Shown: positions 30,331 through 41,677, counted from the stretch's first letter. The stretch is 63,545 nt of DNA from Bacteroidaceae bacterium (GCA_017935645.1 JAGBHF010000006.1:1-63545), one strand, 5' to 3'. The notes: a model not told the origin generated them from the letters alone. Program-made: numbers and translations.

Positions 30331-32064
30331 TTATTCTATTTCAAGATGGAGCATATCGACAGCTTTTACCAAATTAGGGTTATCTTCTTTCATAGCAGCC
30401 AATATCTCACCTGTACTATATGATACACGGCGTTCGTTCGATACTTTTATCTCGGTTTCAAGGTCGATATAATCATTTTCCAACTCATTGTGGATAAATT
30501 CGAGCAATGCATCCTTGGTGACGAGTATGAGCGATTGCTGTATGGTGCTCTCGACATCTACTTTGCATATTATCTCACCTTTGAGGGTGGGTTGGTGCGA
30601 TTGCATGGTGTTGAATAATGCAACCTCATCGGGTATAGTATTGGCGTATTTAAGCCATGCAGCCACGAGTGCCTCTTGTGTAAAGGGTTTTCTGCGTTTT
30701 TCGCGCTCGGTGGTTTGCTCGACCTTCTGTGCATTAATGCGTATAGCCGGAGCGGGCATACCGGTGCGAGGCGCTACGGGCTTAGGTGCGGCGGGTCGAG
30801 GTGTATAGGCTTGAGCCGATGGGCGTGGTGCTTGTGGTGTTGTTGCCGGAGCCGGTTGCGCTTGTGTTGCGGGCTTGGCAGCCTGTGCTTGGGGTTGTGT
30901 CGCAGGAACTTGTTGTTGTGTAGTGCCCTTAATGGATTGCAGTTGTGGTTGTTGTGTTACAGGCTCGGCAGGCATCGACAGTTGGCATATCTGTATGAGC
31001 ATAAGCTCTACCAAGAATCGCTTGTTATTGCTGACGCGATAGTCGAGGTCACAACGGTTGCTTAAGTCCATAGCCTTGTAGAGCAGTCGAATATCGCATT
31101 TTGCAGCTTGTTCGCCATAGCGTTTGGCGGTAGCTTCACCCATCTCAAGAAGTGAAAGTGTGGCAACATCTTTGCTCACCAATAGGTTGCGGAAGTGGTT
31201 GCTCAATCCGCTGATGAAATGTTGCGACTCGAATCCCTTGTCGCAAATATCCTTGAAAATGAGCAGTGCTGCCGGAACGTTGGCTGACAGAAATGCGTCG
31301 GTGAGTCGGAAGTAATATTCGTAATCGAGAACGTTGAGATTCTCAATAACGGCATTGTAGGTAATATTGCCGGCAGTGAAGCTGGCTATCTGGTCGAATA
31401 TGGAGAGAGCGTCACGCATACCGCCATCGGCCTTTTGTGCTATTACGCTGAGTGCCTCGGCCTCGGCTTGTATGCCCTCTTGTGAAGCTACATATTGCAG
31501 ATGCTCGGCTATATCGGCAATTGTTATGCGTTGGAAGTCGTACACCTGACAACGAGATAGGATCGTGGGGAGTATCTTATGCTTCTCGGTAGTGGCAAGG
31601 ATAAAGATGGCGTGATGCGGGGGCTCTTCGAGAGTCTTGAGGAATGCATTGAACGCCGCAGTAGAGAGCATGTGTACCTCGTCGACGATGTAAACCTTAT
31701 ACTTGCCTATCTGGGGCGGGATGCGTACTTGGTCGACAAGTTGACGAATGTCGTCGACACTGTTGTTTGATGCGGCATCAAGCTCCGATATGTTGTAGGA
31801 GCGTTGTTCGTTAAAAGCACGGCACGACTCACATTCGTTGCACGCTTCGCCCGAGGCTGTAGGATGCAAGCAGTTGATGGTCTTGGCAAAAATGCGGGCG
31901 CACGATGTCTTGCCAACACCGCGAGGACCACAGAAGAGGTAGGCGTGAGCCAACTTGCCTGCGTCAATGGCATTCTTGAGTGTTTGAGTCAAAGACTTTT
32001 GTCCGACAACCGATTGAAACGTCGAAGGACGGTATTTTCGTGCAGATACGATGTAGTTATCCAT
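30331..32064 (-). CDS. dnaX: DNA polymerase III subunit gamma/tau
   Basis: ARKYRP, GPRGVGKT, Zn cysteines, DEVHML, KTLEEPP and SRC motifs; P/Q/A-rich linker. Confidence 0.98.
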   Translation of the reverse strand: MDNYIVSARKYRPSTFQSVVGQKSLTQTLKNAIDAGKLAHAYLFCGPRGVGKTSCARIFAKTINCLHPTASGEACNECESCRAFNEQRSYNISELDAASNNSVDDIRQLVDQVRIPPQIGKYKVYIVDEVHMLSTAAFNAFLKTLEEPPHHAIFILATTEKHKILPTILSRCQVYDFQRITIADIAEHLQYVASQEGIQAEAEALSVIAQKADGGMRDALSIFDQIASFTAGNITYNAVIENLNVLDYEYYFRLTDAFLSANVPAALLIFKDICDKGFESQHFISGLSNHFRNLLVSKDVATLSLLEMGEATAKRYGEQAAKCDIRLLYKAMDLSNRCDLDYRVSNNKRFLVELMLIQICQLSMPAEPVTQQPQLQSIKGTTQQQVPATQPQAQAAKPATQAQPAPATTPQAPRPSAQAYTPRPAAPKPVAPRTGMPAPAIRINAQKVEQTTEREKRRKPFTQEALVAAWLKYANTIPDEVALFNTMQSHQPTLKGEIICKVDVESTIQQSLILVTKDALLEFIHNELENDYIDLETEIKVSNERRVSYSTGEILAAMKEDNPNLVKAVDMLHLEIE

Positions 32065-32079
32065 TGTGCTTGAGTGTGC

Positions 32080-32559
32080 TTATTCGAGGTCGGTTTTACC
32101 AAAACAAAGGGGTAACATCGACTCGATAGATGTGATGATGTATGTCTTCTCCTCGCCGTAGAGTATGAGTTCGATAGGTCGGTTATATCGGTGCTCGGTT
32201 TCGAGAATTACTTGTCGGCAAGCACCGCAAGGAGCCGTAGGGGTCTTGGTATAGGCATCGCCCTTGAATGCTGCCAAAGCCAGCATGGTAACGGCATTGT
32301 CGGGGTATTGAGCACCGGCATAGAATAGGGTGGTGCGTTCGGCACATATACCCGATGGATATGCGGCATTCTCTTGATTGTTGCCGGTTACTATCACACC
32401 ATTGTCGAGCAGGGCGGCTGCTCCTACATTGAAGTGTGAGTAGGGCGCGTAGGCTTGCTTACAAGCCTTTTTGGCTTGGTCAACCAAATTTTTTTGCGTT
32501 TCGTTGAGCTCTTTATAATCGCAAACAACTATATTTGTAACGATGTCAATATTTTTCAT
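32080..32559 (-). CDS. cdd: Cytidine deaminase
   Basis: AYAPYS-x-F-x-VGAA, NQENAAYP, CAER and PCGACRQ motifs. Confidence 0.95.
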   Translation of the reverse strand: MKNIDIVTNIVVCDYKELNETQKNLVDQAKKACKQAYAPYSHFNVGAAALLDNGVIVTGNNQENAAYPSGICAERTTLFYAGAQYPDNAVTMLALAAFKGDAYTKTPTAPCGACRQVILETEHRYNRPIELILYGEEKTYIITSIESMLPLCFGKTDLE

Positions 32560-32660
32560 ACTCGGTATTGCTATTGCTCCATTAGTACAAATGTAGCGAT
32601 TTTTGCTGAAAGATGATGTGTTGATAGGATTTTTTCGGAAGAATATAAATTTTTTTTAGA

Positions 32661-33548
32661 ATGAAACGCTCTCTTGTATACCTGATTTCTACTTTTTTGC
32701 TCTCAATGAACGTGTTGTCGATACAAGCCACGACAACGCAAGACAAGTATGAGGCCTATATCGCTCGTTACTATAAGTTGGCACAGGAACAACAACGCCT
32801 GCATGGCATACCTGCAAGTATTACGCTGGCTCAGGGTTTGCTCGAATCGGCTGCCGGACAGAGTAAATTGGCGGTTGTGGCACGTAATCACTTTGGTGTG
32901 AAGTGTCATGATTGGGAGGGTGATGCCGTGAATTATAAAGGCGATTGTTACCGCATGTATGAAAGTGTGGCCGAGTCGTACGAGGATCACTCGGCGTTCT
33001 TGTTGCGTTCAAGATATGCTTCCTTGTATGAGTTGAAAATAACCGACTACAAGGGTTGGGCCAGAGGGCTTAAAAAATGTGGATATGCCGAGGATCCGAA
33101 GTATCCCGAGAAGTTGATAGGTATAATCGAGCGTTATGACTTGCAACAATATGTCAAGGGCGTAAAGAAAAAGAAGACGATAGAGATAGAGCAACCCGAG
33201 ATAGTGTTATTGCGTGATGTATATATAGCTTGGGGGCTATTGTATGTATTGGCCGATGAAGGCGATACATATGAGCGTATCGCTGCCGATACGGGTTTTG
33301 ATGCAAGGGACTTGGCTAAATATAACGACCACGACCGTAAGGCTGTACTACGCGCAGGAGATATTGTGTATCTCGAAAAGAAAAAGAGCAAGGCCGACAA
33401 GGGTTATGATAAGCACACGGTAAAGGCCGGAGAGACATTTCATAGCATATCGCAGTTGTATGGTATAGACACCAAGCGTCTGGCGCGTCGCAATAAGATG
33501 CGTTATACCGATGTTTTGCACGAAGGCGAGGTTATCGTATTGCGATAG
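32661..33548 (+). CDS. GH73 glucosaminidase-domain peptidoglycan hydrolase with two LysM domains
   Basis: Signal peptide; IPASITLAQGLLES, NHFGVKC and GYAEDP-x-Y motifs; C-terminal LysM (HTVKAGET...ISQLYG). Confidence 0.9.
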   Translation: MKRSLVYLISTFLLSMNVLSIQATTTQDKYEAYIARYYKLAQEQQRLHGIPASITLAQGLLESAAGQSKLAVVARNHFGVKCHDWEGDAVNYKGDCYRMYESVAESYEDHSAFLLRSRYASLYELKITDYKGWARGLKKCGYAEDPKYPEKLIGIIERYDLQQYVKGVKKKKTIEIEQPEIVLLRDVYIAWGLLYVLADEGDTYERIAADTGFDARDLAKYNDHDRKAVLRAGDIVYLEKKKSKADKGYDKHTVKAGETFHSISQLYGIDTKRLARRNKMRYTDVLHEGEVIVLR

Positions 33549-33570
33549 TATGAATTTCTACAAAAATAAG

Positions 33571-33599
33571 CGAGGTCACTTCATCATGAAGTGACCTCG
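33571..33599. terminator. Bidirectional terminator (near-perfect palindrome)
   Basis: CGAGGTCACTTCAT-C-ATGAAGTGACCTCG between convergent genes. Confidence 0.75.
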
Positions 33600-33623
33600 T
33601 TGTGTATAGGGATGTTGCGATGA

Positions 33624-35258
33624 TTATTTTGTAATTCTCTCGAGCCACTTGAGCATACCGAGCATTACGGCCATAGAAATCAAGCAGAAGCCTGCAAATA
33701 CAGCCCAGCACATCCATTGTTGGGGGAATGTGTTCAACATTGTTACACCCATAGCGATAAACAAGTTACCGATGGCAGTAGCTGACAACCACAAACCTTG
33801 GCAGATACCTTGCAAGTGCTTGGGAGCAATCTTCGATACGAATGAAAGACCGAGGGGAGAGATGAACAACTCGGCAACAGTAAGGAAGAAGTAAGTGAGG
33901 ATGAGTACTGCGGGGCTTGATTTGGCAGCCATCTTAGCAGCGTCAGTCCAGCTCTTGAACTCTTCGCCCGAGGGATAACCTTGTACCATAGCGATGATGG
34001 TGAGGAAGATGTAAGCGCAAGCAGCGATGAACATACCGATGGCAATCTTACGGGGTGTAGAGATCTCTTTGTTCTTCTTGGCAAGTGAACCGAAAATCCA
34101 CATGATAATGGGAGTGAGTACAATCACAAAGAAGGGGTTGATACATTGCCAGATTTCGGGAGCAACAGCGTCGGTTGCAACGAAGTCACGAGCAAATACT
34201 GAGAGTGATTGACCATTTTGGTGGAATGAGAACCAGAAGAATACAGCAACACCAAGAACGGCGTAGAGAGCCATGAGGCGTTGTTTAACCTCTTTAGCAT
34301 CGGCCTCTTTTTCGGCAGCTGAAACTTCTACGTTCTTCTCTTTCTTCACGGGAGTGGGCAATGATTTCATCACAAGCATGAAGATTGTGAGTGAAATGAG
34401 CATAGCAGCAACTGAAGCGATGAATGAAAGGTGAACACCGGTGTTGAATGTCTCGAGGTAGTTGGCACAGAAAGTAGCATCAACAGCACCTGTGTGACCT
34501 ACGTTAGTAGCAAGTGTATTGAGGTTTTCCATGTCGGTAGCCTTCATACCTTCACCTTCGTTGAGGTACATGTGGCACAAACGGGGAAGGTCAGAGTTGT
34601 AGAGCAAACCTTTAGTCTTCAACCAGAACTCTCTCAAAAGAGGAGCAACGAAGGGAGCGATAACACCACCGATGTTGATGAAAACGTAGAAGATTTGGAA
34701 ACCGCTGTCGCGTTTTGACTTAGCGATAGCCAATGCTTCGGGACCTTTCTTGGCAGCTTCGGCCTCGAAGTTGTCATACATTTGACCTACGATAGCTTGC
34801 AAGTTACCCTTGAACAAACCGTTACCAAATGCAATGATAAGAAGGGCTATACAAGTGAAGATGAGTACCCAAGAGATACCACCGTTGTTAGCCTCGCCAA
34901 ATACAGGAATTGACAAGAGGATGTAACCGATAGCCATGCACAACAAACCAGAGATGATTGTGCCTTTGTATTTTTGAGTCTTGTCGGCAATCATACCGCC
35001 GGGGAGACTCAATACATAAATCAAGAAATAGAATACAGCGTAAATCCAACCGGCAGCATCGTCGCTGATACCAAACTTAGAGCAGAGGAAGAGCAGCAAC
35101 ACTGCATTCATGATGTAGTAACCAAAGCGCTCACCCATGTTGGCAAGAGCAGCCGAGATGAGACCCTTGGGGTGTTCTTTCTTAGCCTTGATAACGTAGA
35201 ATACCAAGAAGGGTATCACTACGATCAATACGGCGACCAAAAATAATGACTGTGACAT
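33624..35258 (-). CDS. POT/PTR2 family proton-dependent oligopeptide transporter
   Basis: HPKGL, ERFGYY, GNGLFK, FYVFINIG and ELFISPLGLS motifs. Confidence 0.93.
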   Translation of the reverse strand: MSQSLFLVAVLIVVIPFLVFYVIKAKKEHPKGLISAALANMGERFGYYIMNAVLLLFLCSKFGISDDAAGWIYAVFYFLIYVLSLPGGMIADKTQKYKGTIISGLLCMAIGYILLSIPVFGEANNGGISWVLIFTCIALLIIAFGNGLFKGNLQAIVGQMYDNFEAEAAKKGPEALAIAKSKRDSGFQIFYVFINIGGVIAPFVAPLLREFWLKTKGLLYNSDLPRLCHMYLNEGEGMKATDMENLNTLATNVGHTGAVDATFCANYLETFNTGVHLSFIASVAAMLISLTIFMLVMKSLPTPVKKEKNVEVSAAEKEADAKEVKQRLMALYAVLGVAVFFWFSFHQNGQSLSVFARDFVATDAVAPEIWQCINPFFVIVLTPIIMWIFGSLAKKNKEISTPRKIAIGMFIAACAYIFLTIIAMVQGYPSGEEFKSWTDAAKMAAKSSPAVLILTYFFLTVAELFISPLGLSFVSKIAPKHLQGICQGLWLSATAIGNLFIAMGVTMLNTFPQQWMCWAVFAGFCLISMAVMLGMLKWLERITK

Positions 35259-35369
35259 AAGTTTTTTTTGTTTAAAGTTAGGTAATTATTTGATTTTGTT
35301 TGTTTTCGTATTTTTTCAAATAGTCGCGCAAAGATAGACCTTTTCTGGCGTTTTTCCTATTTTTTTACG

Positions 35370-36683
35370 TTATTTCTCTCTCATAAAAATGTTAATGGGA
35401 GTGCCTGTGTAACACCAGTTTTCTCTAATCTTATTTTCAAGATAACGTTTGTAAGGCTCTTTTACCCACTGCGGTAGGTTGCAGAAGAATATGAATGAAG
35501 GTATTTGAGCCTCTTTGAGCATGGTGATATATTTGATTTTGATATACTTGCCTTTGGTTGCTAGGGGCGGATAAGCTTCGATGGTAGCCAGCATTACCTC
35601 GTTGAGTTTCGATGTGGGCACAAGACGCTTGCGGTTTTGATACACCTCTACGGCAGTCTCAAGTACCTTGAAGATGCGTTGTTTGGTCAGTGCCGAGGTG
35701 TAGATGATGGGAAAGTCGGTAAAAGGAGCCAAACGGTCGCGTATTGCCTTCTCGAAGGTCTTTATAGCGATATTAGACTTGTCTTCAACAAGGTCCCACT
35801 TGTTTACACACACTACAATACCCTTGCGGTTCTTCTGTATGAGCGAGAAGATATTGAGGTCTTGACCTTCGATACCGCGTGTGGCATCGATCATGAGGAT
35901 ACACACGTCGGAGTTCTCAATGGCACGTATCGAGCGTATCACTGAGTAGTATTCAAGGTCTTCGGTTACTTTGCCTTTTTTGCGAATACCTGCAGTATCA
36001 ACCAAGTAGAAGTCAAAGCCAAACTTGTTGTAGCGTGTGTAGATAGAGTCGCGGGTTGTACCGGCTATATTGGTTACGATATTGCGCTCTTCTCCAATAA
36101 AGGCATTGATAATTGACGATTTGCCGGCATTGGGACGACCTACTACGGCAAAGCGAGGAATGTCTATCTCGGTCTCGTCTTCAAACTCTTTGGTAAACTT
36201 GGCAACTATTTCGTCGAGTAGTTCGCCTGTTCCGCTACCACTTACTGCCGATACGCAGAAGGGGTCGCCCAAGCCGAAGGCATAGAACTCGGCCGAGTTG
36301 TATATCCATTGGTTTGAGTCGGCTTTATTGGCAACGAGGATAATAGGCTTCTTGGCACGTCGCAAGATGGCTGCCACGTGGTCGTCAAGGTCGGTTGCAC
36401 CATTGATGGCATCCACTACAAAGAGTATTACGTCGGCCTCTTCGATAGCGATAGAAACTTGTTTGTTGATTTCTTCTTCGAAGATGTCTTCCGAATTTAC
36501 TACCCATCCACCGGTGTCGATGATTGAGAACTCCTTTCCGCCCCACTCAACCTTGCCGTATTGGCGGTCGCGTGTAGTGCCGGCAGTCTCATTAACGATG
36601 GCTTGTCGTGTTTGTGTGAGTCGGTTAAATAGGGTCGATTTTCCCACATTGGGGCGTCCTACTATGGCTACTATATTTCCCAT
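35370..36683 (-). CDS. der: Ribosome biogenesis GTPase Der (EngA)
   Basis: Two GTPase domains (GRPNVGKS and GRPNAGKS; DTGG and DTAG; NKAD and NKWD); start at 36683. Confidence 0.98.
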   Translation of the reverse strand: MGNIVAIVGRPNVGKSTLFNRLTQTRQAIVNETAGTTRDRQYGKVEWGGKEFSIIDTGGWVVNSEDIFEEEINKQVSIAIEEADVILFVVDAINGATDLDDHVAAILRRAKKPIILVANKADSNQWIYNSAEFYAFGLGDPFCVSAVSGSGTGELLDEIVAKFTKEFEDETEIDIPRFAVVGRPNAGKSSIINAFIGEERNIVTNIAGTTRDSIYTRYNKFGFDFYLVDTAGIRKKGKVTEDLEYYSVIRSIRAIENSDVCILMIDATRGIEGQDLNIFSLIQKNRKGIVVCVNKWDLVEDKSNIAIKTFEKAIRDRLAPFTDFPIIYTSALTKQRIFKVLETAVEVYQNRKRLVPTSKLNEVMLATIEAYPPLATKGKYIKIKYITMLKEAQIPSFIFFCNLPQWVKEPYKRYLENKIRENWCYTGTPINIFMREK

Positions 36684-36708
36684 AATTATAGTGTTTGGGG
36701 TGTTGTAT

Positions 36709-37593
36709 TTATTCATTGAGGTATCCGAACGAACGCAACTTGTTTTCTCTGTTGCGCCAGTCTTTTTCTACCTTTACATATAATTGCAGATATACTTGCT
36801 TGTCGAAGAATGCCTCGATATCCTTGCGTGCCATTGAGCCTACGCGTTTCAGTGCCGAGCCACCTTTGCCTATGATGATACCTTTCTGTGAGTCGCGTTC
36901 GACATATATCACAGCCGATATTTCTATGCGCTTGTCGCTCTCTTTGAATAACTCTACAGCTACTTCGCAGGCATAAGGAATCTCCTTGTCGTAGGTAAGA
37001 AGTATCTTCTCGCGTATAATTTCGTTTACAAAGAATCGAGCCGGCTTGTCGGTAAGTGCGTCTTTGTCGAAGAATGGGGGCGACTCGGGTAGCAATGCGT
37101 AGATGCGTTTGAGCAGATTGTCGATATTGAAACGCAACATGGCCGAAATAGGTATAATCTCGGCTTGTGGCAGTAGCTCCTTCCAGCGGTCTACGAGGGC
37201 TTCCAGGTCGGCTTGTCCTTTTAGCAGGTCAATCTTGTTGATAATAACGATAACGGGCATTTGCTCCTTGGCAACGCGGGCGAGGAACTCGGCATTCTTG
37301 TCGGGGGTCTCTACTGTATCGGTCACGTACAATAATATGTCGGCATCGACAAGTGCCGATTGAGAGAATCCAAGCATCGACTCTTGCAACTTATAGTTGG
37401 GCTTGAGTACTCCCGGTGTGTCGGAATATACAATCTGCATATCGTCGGTATTGACGATACCCATGATGCGATGGCGGGTGGTTTGAGCCTTGGATGTAAT
37501 AATAGAGATGCGCTCGCCCACGAGCGAGTTCATCAATGTCGATTTACCAACATTGGGGTTTCCTACGATGTTTACAAATCCCGATTTATGCAT
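36709..37593 (-). CDS. era: GTPase Era
   Basis: [16 protein letters not shown] and NKID motifs; KH domain with IIIGKGG. Confidence 0.98.
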   Translation of the reverse strand: MHKSGFVNIVGNPNVGKSTLMNSLVGERISIITSKAQTTRHRIMGIVNTDDMQIVYSDTPGVLKPNYKLQESMLGFSQSALVDADILLYVTDTVETPDKNAEFLARVAKEQMPVIVIINKIDLLKGQADLEALVDRWKELLPQAEIIPISAMLRFNIDNLLKRIYALLPESPPFFDKDALTDKPARFFVNEIIREKILLTYDKEIPYACEVAVELFKESDKRIEISAVIYVERDSQKGIIIGKGGSALKRVGSMARKDIEAFFDKQVYLQLYVKVEKDWRNRENKLRSFGYLNE

Positions 37594-37662
37594 AAAATGT
37601 GGTTTTGTTGCAAAAATAAGAAAAAATAGCCGAAAATGCCAATTTTTAAGTGATTATATAAG

Positions 37663-37701
37663 CACAAAACGCACCCGCTACAAGGCGAGGTGCGTTTTGT
37701 G
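37663..37701 (-). terminator. Hairpin downstream of fabH
   Basis: CACAAAACGCACC/GGTGCGTTTTGTG 13 bp stem. Confidence 0.65.
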
Positions 37702-37720
37702 GTGTGTGTACAAGATTTTC

Positions 37721-38713
37721 TTATTGTGCGTCGTAACCCCATACGAGGTACAGCGCGCCCCATGTAAAACCTGCTCCGAATGCTGTGAGAATGAGTTTGT
37801 CACCTTTTTTGAACTTGTGTTCAAACTCGTCTAAGCATAGTGGTATAGAGGCAGCACTGGTGTTGCCGTAGTGTTGTATGTTGACAATAAGTTTTTCTTC
37901 GGGAACGTTAAATCTTTCGGCAATAGCCTCGATGATGCGCAAGTTGGCTTGGTGAGGGATGAGGTAGTCTATGTCGTCGATAGTGAGATTGTTACGTTTC
38001 ATAATCTCGTCGGACGATTCAATCATGTCGGCTACTGCGTGCTTAAACACGAAACGACCGTCTTGATAGACATAGTGCTCGTTCTTGTCGATTGTGGCGT
38101 GCGAGGCCGGACGTACTGAGCCACCGGCTGTCATGACAAGGTGGGGAAGACCTATACCGTCGGTGTGGAACACGGCATCCATAACACCAATATTCTCCTC
38201 GGTGGGTTCCAATAGAACACAAGCGGCCGCGTCGCCAAACAAGGGGCATGTGTTGCGATCCTTGTAGTTAACCATTGATGACATTTTCTCGGCGGCAATA
38301 ACCACAACTTTCTTGTGTACACCGGCTTGTATATACATAGCACCGGCTCGCAATGCTACGATAAATCCGGCGCAAGCGGCTTGTATGTCGTATGCATAAG
38401 TGGTTTTTATGCCAACTTTCTCGGCAATGATAGAGGCTGTCGAGGGAAAGCGGTAGTCGGGGTTGGATGTAGCACAAATAATGAGTTCAATCTCGGTGGG
38501 GTCGATGCCTGTTTTGTCGATGAGCGATTGCAAGGCACGAGCGCCCAACTCCGATGAGCCGGCTCCTTCTTGTTTAAGAATTCTTCTCTCTTTGATACCT
38601 ACGCGGGTGGTAATCCACTCGTCGCTTGTGTCCACCATTTGTGCCAACTCCTCGTTGTTGAGGATGTCGTCGGGTGTGTATGATGCGACACCTGTGATTT
38701 TTGCTTTGAACAT
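37721..38713 (-). CDS. fabH: 3-oxoacyl-ACP synthase III
   Basis: DTSDEWI, AACAGF, FGD, PHQAN, GNTSAAS and GAGFTWG motifs. Confidence 0.97.
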   Translation of the reverse strand: MFKAKITGVASYTPDDILNNEELAQMVDTSDEWITTRVGIKERRILKQEGAGSSELGARALQSLIDKTGIDPTEIELIICATSNPDYRFPSTASIIAEKVGIKTTYAYDIQAACAGFIVALRAGAMYIQAGVHKKVVVIAAEKMSSMVNYKDRNTCPLFGDAAACVLLEPTEENIGVMDAVFHTDGIGLPHLVMTAGGSVRPASHATIDKNEHYVYQDGRFVFKHAVADMIESSDEIMKRNNLTIDDIDYLIPHQANLRIIEAIAERFNVPEEKLIVNIQHYGNTSAASIPLCLDEFEHKFKKGDKLILTAFGAGFTWGALYLVWGYDAQ

Positions 38714-38782
38714 GACGTTCTATTGTTAAAAATAGTTGCTTAAGATTAATTGTTCTTTGCAACTATTGTGGTTTTAAAGAAA

Positions 38783-38804
38783 AATGCCCTAAGAATAGGG
38801 CATT
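38783..38804 (-). terminator. Hairpin downstream of rpmF
   Basis: AATGCCCTA/TAGGGCATT stem with a U-rich tail on the minus strand. Confidence 0.6.
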
Positions 38805-38827
38805 AGCTTTTTACCGAGCTGTGTTAA

Positions 38828-39013
38828 TTAAACAGCAGCTTCTTTTTCGATAGCCAACTTACCACGGTAGTAACCGCATTCGCCGCATACTGTGTGGTAA
38901 ACATGCCATGCACCGCAGTTGGGGCAAATGGCCAATGTGGGGGCTACAGCCTTGTCGTGAGTTCTTCTCTTGGCTGTTCTTGTCTTTGACTGTTTTCTTT
39001 TAGGATGTGCCAT
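38828..39013 (-). CDS. rpmF: 50S ribosomal protein L32
   Basis: MAHPKRKQSKTRTAKRR and a CxxC...CxxCGYY zinc ribbon. Confidence 0.98.
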   Translation of the reverse strand: MAHPKRKQSKTRTAKRRTHDKAVAPTLAICPNCGAWHVYHTVCGECGYYRGKLAIEKEAAV

Positions 39014-39032
39014 TTTACTATATATTTAATTA

Positions 39033-39605
39033 TTATCTTTTCAGTTTCTTGAGTGCGTCCCAACGTGGGTCGGTAGGTCGGTCAACCTCTTCTTGTAGGG
39101 TGTCGTCGATAAAATCGGTGTCGATATCATCGTCATCATCATCGACGCGTCTTGCACTCATTTGTTGCAACCTTGCACTCATTTCCTTGTTGCACTTGCC
39201 GTAGGGGTGTACGTGCTTGATGGGAATGGTGAGCGCGATAAATTCGTAGAGAAACCAAGCGATGTTTATCTCACCTTCATCCTCGGGGATGATAAGCATG
39301 TTGTCGCTTTCCTCCTTGAATTCGTGTCCGAACTTGATGAAGAGTTGTTCATCGGTGTCGATGATGTGCTCCATGTCGTCGAGACAGCGGTCGCAAGGGA
39401 TGTATATAACGCCCGAAAGGTGGAAGTTCAGTTCAACAACTGTTGCTGTTCGTTTTATGTCGAGCGCAACATCTACCTTTCCGCGTTGTACTTCGGGTCC
39501 GTCAATATTTGCAAAGAACTCGTTGTCGAGCCTATACTCAAGTGCTGTAGAAGTATCTACAGGCATGGTTTTGAGCGATAGTTTATATTCTGTAAACTTT
39601 CCCAA
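39033..39605 (-). CDS. DUF177/YceD family protein
   Basis: CDRCL and C-terminal DPRWDALK motifs; directly upstream of rpmF; TTG start. Confidence 0.92.
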   Translation of the reverse strand: MGKFTEYKLSLKTMPVDTSTALEYRLDNEFFANIDGPEVQRGKVDVALDIKRTATVVELNFHLSGVIYIPCDRCLDDMEHIIDTDEQLFIKFGHEFKEESDNMLIIPEDEGEINIAWFLYEFIALTIPIKHVHPYGKCNKEMSARLQQMSARRVDDDDDDIDTDFIDDTLQEEVDRPTDPRWDALKKLKR

Positions 39606-39843
39606 GGCTGATACATCATTAAAAAACTGCGCAAAGGTAAGAAAAATAATTGGTACTTGTCAAATCTTTGTACAGATATTTATTGAACAATGGTGTTAAT
39701 TTTATATGAAATGATTATTTCGGCGATATAACAACCTTTTATACTCAATGGTTTAGAAGCAGTGACAAAAAAAAATATTTTTTTTCTCGTCGAAGGGTGA
39801 TTTTTGTGTTGAGCCTTAACCGCTTGTCTTGTCCAATAAAACC

Positions 39844-39876
39844 AAAAGGTTGCGCCACAATCGTGACACAACCTTT
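39844..39876 (-). terminator. Intrinsic terminator of fba
   Basis: AAAGGTTG...CAACCTTT stem-loop 20 bp after the stop. Confidence 0.6.
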
Positions 39877-39895
39877 ATAGTGTATGGTTGGATTA

Positions 39896-40891
39896 TCAGA
39901 GTGCTTTACCGGCACTGCCAAGAACGTTGATAAGCTTGTGCTTATAAAGTTCTTTGAGAGAATCGCGAGCGGGACCGAGGTACTTACGGGGGTCAAACTC
40001 GGCGGGCTTAGTAGCCATAACCTCACGAATAGCGGCAGTCATAGCCAAGCGACCATCTGAGTCGATGTTGATTTTACATACCGATGAAGCGGCTGCGCGA
40101 CGGAGTTGGTCTTCGGGAATACCGATAGCGTCTTTGAGGGCGCCACCATATTTGTTGATGATAGCAACTTTGTCTTGGGGTACGCTTGATGAGCCGTGCA
40201 ATACGATGGGGAATCCGGGGATGCGTTTCTCAATCTCTTCGAGGATGTCGAAGCGTAGAGGAGGAGGAACGAGGATGCCTTCTTCGTTGCGAGTGCATTG
40301 TTCGGGACGGAACTTGTTGGCACCGTGTGAAGTACCGATTGAAATAGCGAGTGAGTCAACACCTGTCTTTGATACGAAGTCTTCAACCTCTTCGGGACGT
40401 GTGTATGTGTGGTGCTCAGCGCTTACCTCATCTTCAACACCGGCCAATACACCGAGCTCACCCTCAACTGTTACGTCGTATTTGTGAGCATATTCAACAA
40501 CACGGCGAGTGAGTTCTACGTTCTCGTCGTATGAGTGGTGTGAACCATCGATCATCACTGAAGAGAAGCCCATGTCAACGCATGACTTACAGAGCTCAAA
40601 TGTGTCGCCGTGATCAAGGTGGAGTGTAATAGGAATTGCGCAACCCAACTCTTTGGCATACTCAACAGCACCTTGTGCCATGTAGCGAAGGAGTGTTTGG
40701 TTGGCATATTTGCGTGCACCACTTGATACTTGGAGGATTACGGGTGATTGACACTCTACAGAGGCTTGAATAATTGCTTGCATTTGCTCCATGTTGTTGA
40801 AGTTGAATGCTGCAATTGCATACTTGCCTTCCATAGCTTTGCGGAACATCTCACGGGTGTTCACCAAACCTAATTCTTTGTAGCTAACCAT
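39896..40891 (-). CDS. fba: Class II fructose-1,6-bisphosphate aldolase
   Basis: HLDHG, SVMIDGS, EGELG, GTSHG, LHGSS and KINID motifs. Confidence 0.97.
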   Translation of the reverse strand: MVSYKELGLVNTREMFRKAMEGKYAIAAFNFNNMEQMQAIIQASVECQSPVILQVSSGARKYANQTLLRYMAQGAVEYAKELGCAIPITLHLDHGDTFELCKSCVDMGFSSVMIDGSHHSYDENVELTRRVVEYAHKYDVTVEGELGVLAGVEDEVSAEHHTYTRPEEVEDFVSKTGVDSLAISIGTSHGANKFRPEQCTRNEEGILVPPPLRFDILEEIEKRIPGFPIVLHGSSSVPQDKVAIINKYGGALKDAIGIPEDQLRRAAASSVCKINIDSDGRLAMTAAIREVMATKPAEFDPRKYLGPARDSLKELYKHKLINVLGSAGKAL

Positions 40892-41035
40892 TTCTATTAA
40901 TATATTAAGTTTAACAATAGTCTTTCTGCAAAGTTACTAAAAAAATATCAAGTGCAACTCTCTTGCGCTTATAAAGTTTCTTTTTATTATTCTAAATTGC
41001 ATGTTGCAGGCGCTGTTGTGGAGCTGTTTGATGGT

Positions 41036-41677
41036 TTATTGTGTTATCTTCCACTTTTTACCCTTCCATTTTAGGGTTATCTGTTGGTGGAAATTGTGTT
41101 CTATCTCTTTGCGTGTTTCGTCGTCGAGTGTCTGTAAGAATGACGGGAGTGCGATGATATTGTCGGTGTCGTCACTCATGTTGTACTGTATGGTGTGAAG
41201 GGTTATCTTTTGAGCCAATTCGGTGCGCTCCTTGCGCATTTTCTTGGGATGGGCGATAAAGTCGGTGACGGTAACGGGGGTAAAGTGTTTGTTGATAACA
41301 ACAGGTTGCCAATTGCTTTCGTATAGGTCTATGTGGCTGTTGGGTGCAGGACCTTCGACTGTGGTGATAACGGCGTATAGCGGTTTTTTGCCTGCATTTA
41401 TCAATTTGATTTGCACAGTACTTGCCTTCGATGTGCGCAGGTTGAGATATGTATCGCCCAGTGTGACGAGTTGTACGGTATCGCCTGTGTAAGTGGGAAT
41501 CTTGGCACTCATGCCAGCGTTGTAGAGGTCTATCATGTCGAGTCGGGCGTTTTTGCCAATGTTGGGCATGATGTGTACCGGCATGTTGGTCCATATATCG
41601 GCGATGCTTTGTGCCGAAATGCCGTTGGTTGCATATACAATGATAAGCAGTGTGGCGATGTATCGTAATATTTTCAT
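41036..41677 (-). CDS. DUF3256-like exported protein
   Basis: Signal peptide; MP...R-x-DMID and LY-x-x-x-WQ motifs; conserved Bacteroidales position after truA-EamA. Confidence 0.7.
   Translation of the reverse strand: MKILRYIATLLIIVYATNGISAQSIADIWTNMPVHIMPNIGKNARLDMIDLYNAGMSAKIPTYTGDTVQLVTLGDTYLNLRTSKASTVQIKLINAGKKPLYAVITTVEGPAPNSHIDLYESNWQPVVINKHFTPVTVTDFIAHPKKMRKERTELAQKITLHTIQYNMSDDTDNIIALPSFLQTLDDETRKEIEHNFHQQITLKWKGKKWKITQ

Noticed and set aside
30331-32064. Programmed frameshift in dnaX producing the gamma subunit
   Set aside because: I saw no A-AAA-AAG slippery site with a downstream hairpin or long A-run; the P/Q/A-rich linker is normal.
37721-39605. Missing plsX between rpmF and fabH
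   Set aside because: DUF177-rpmF-fabH without plsX is the usual Bacteroidales arrangement.
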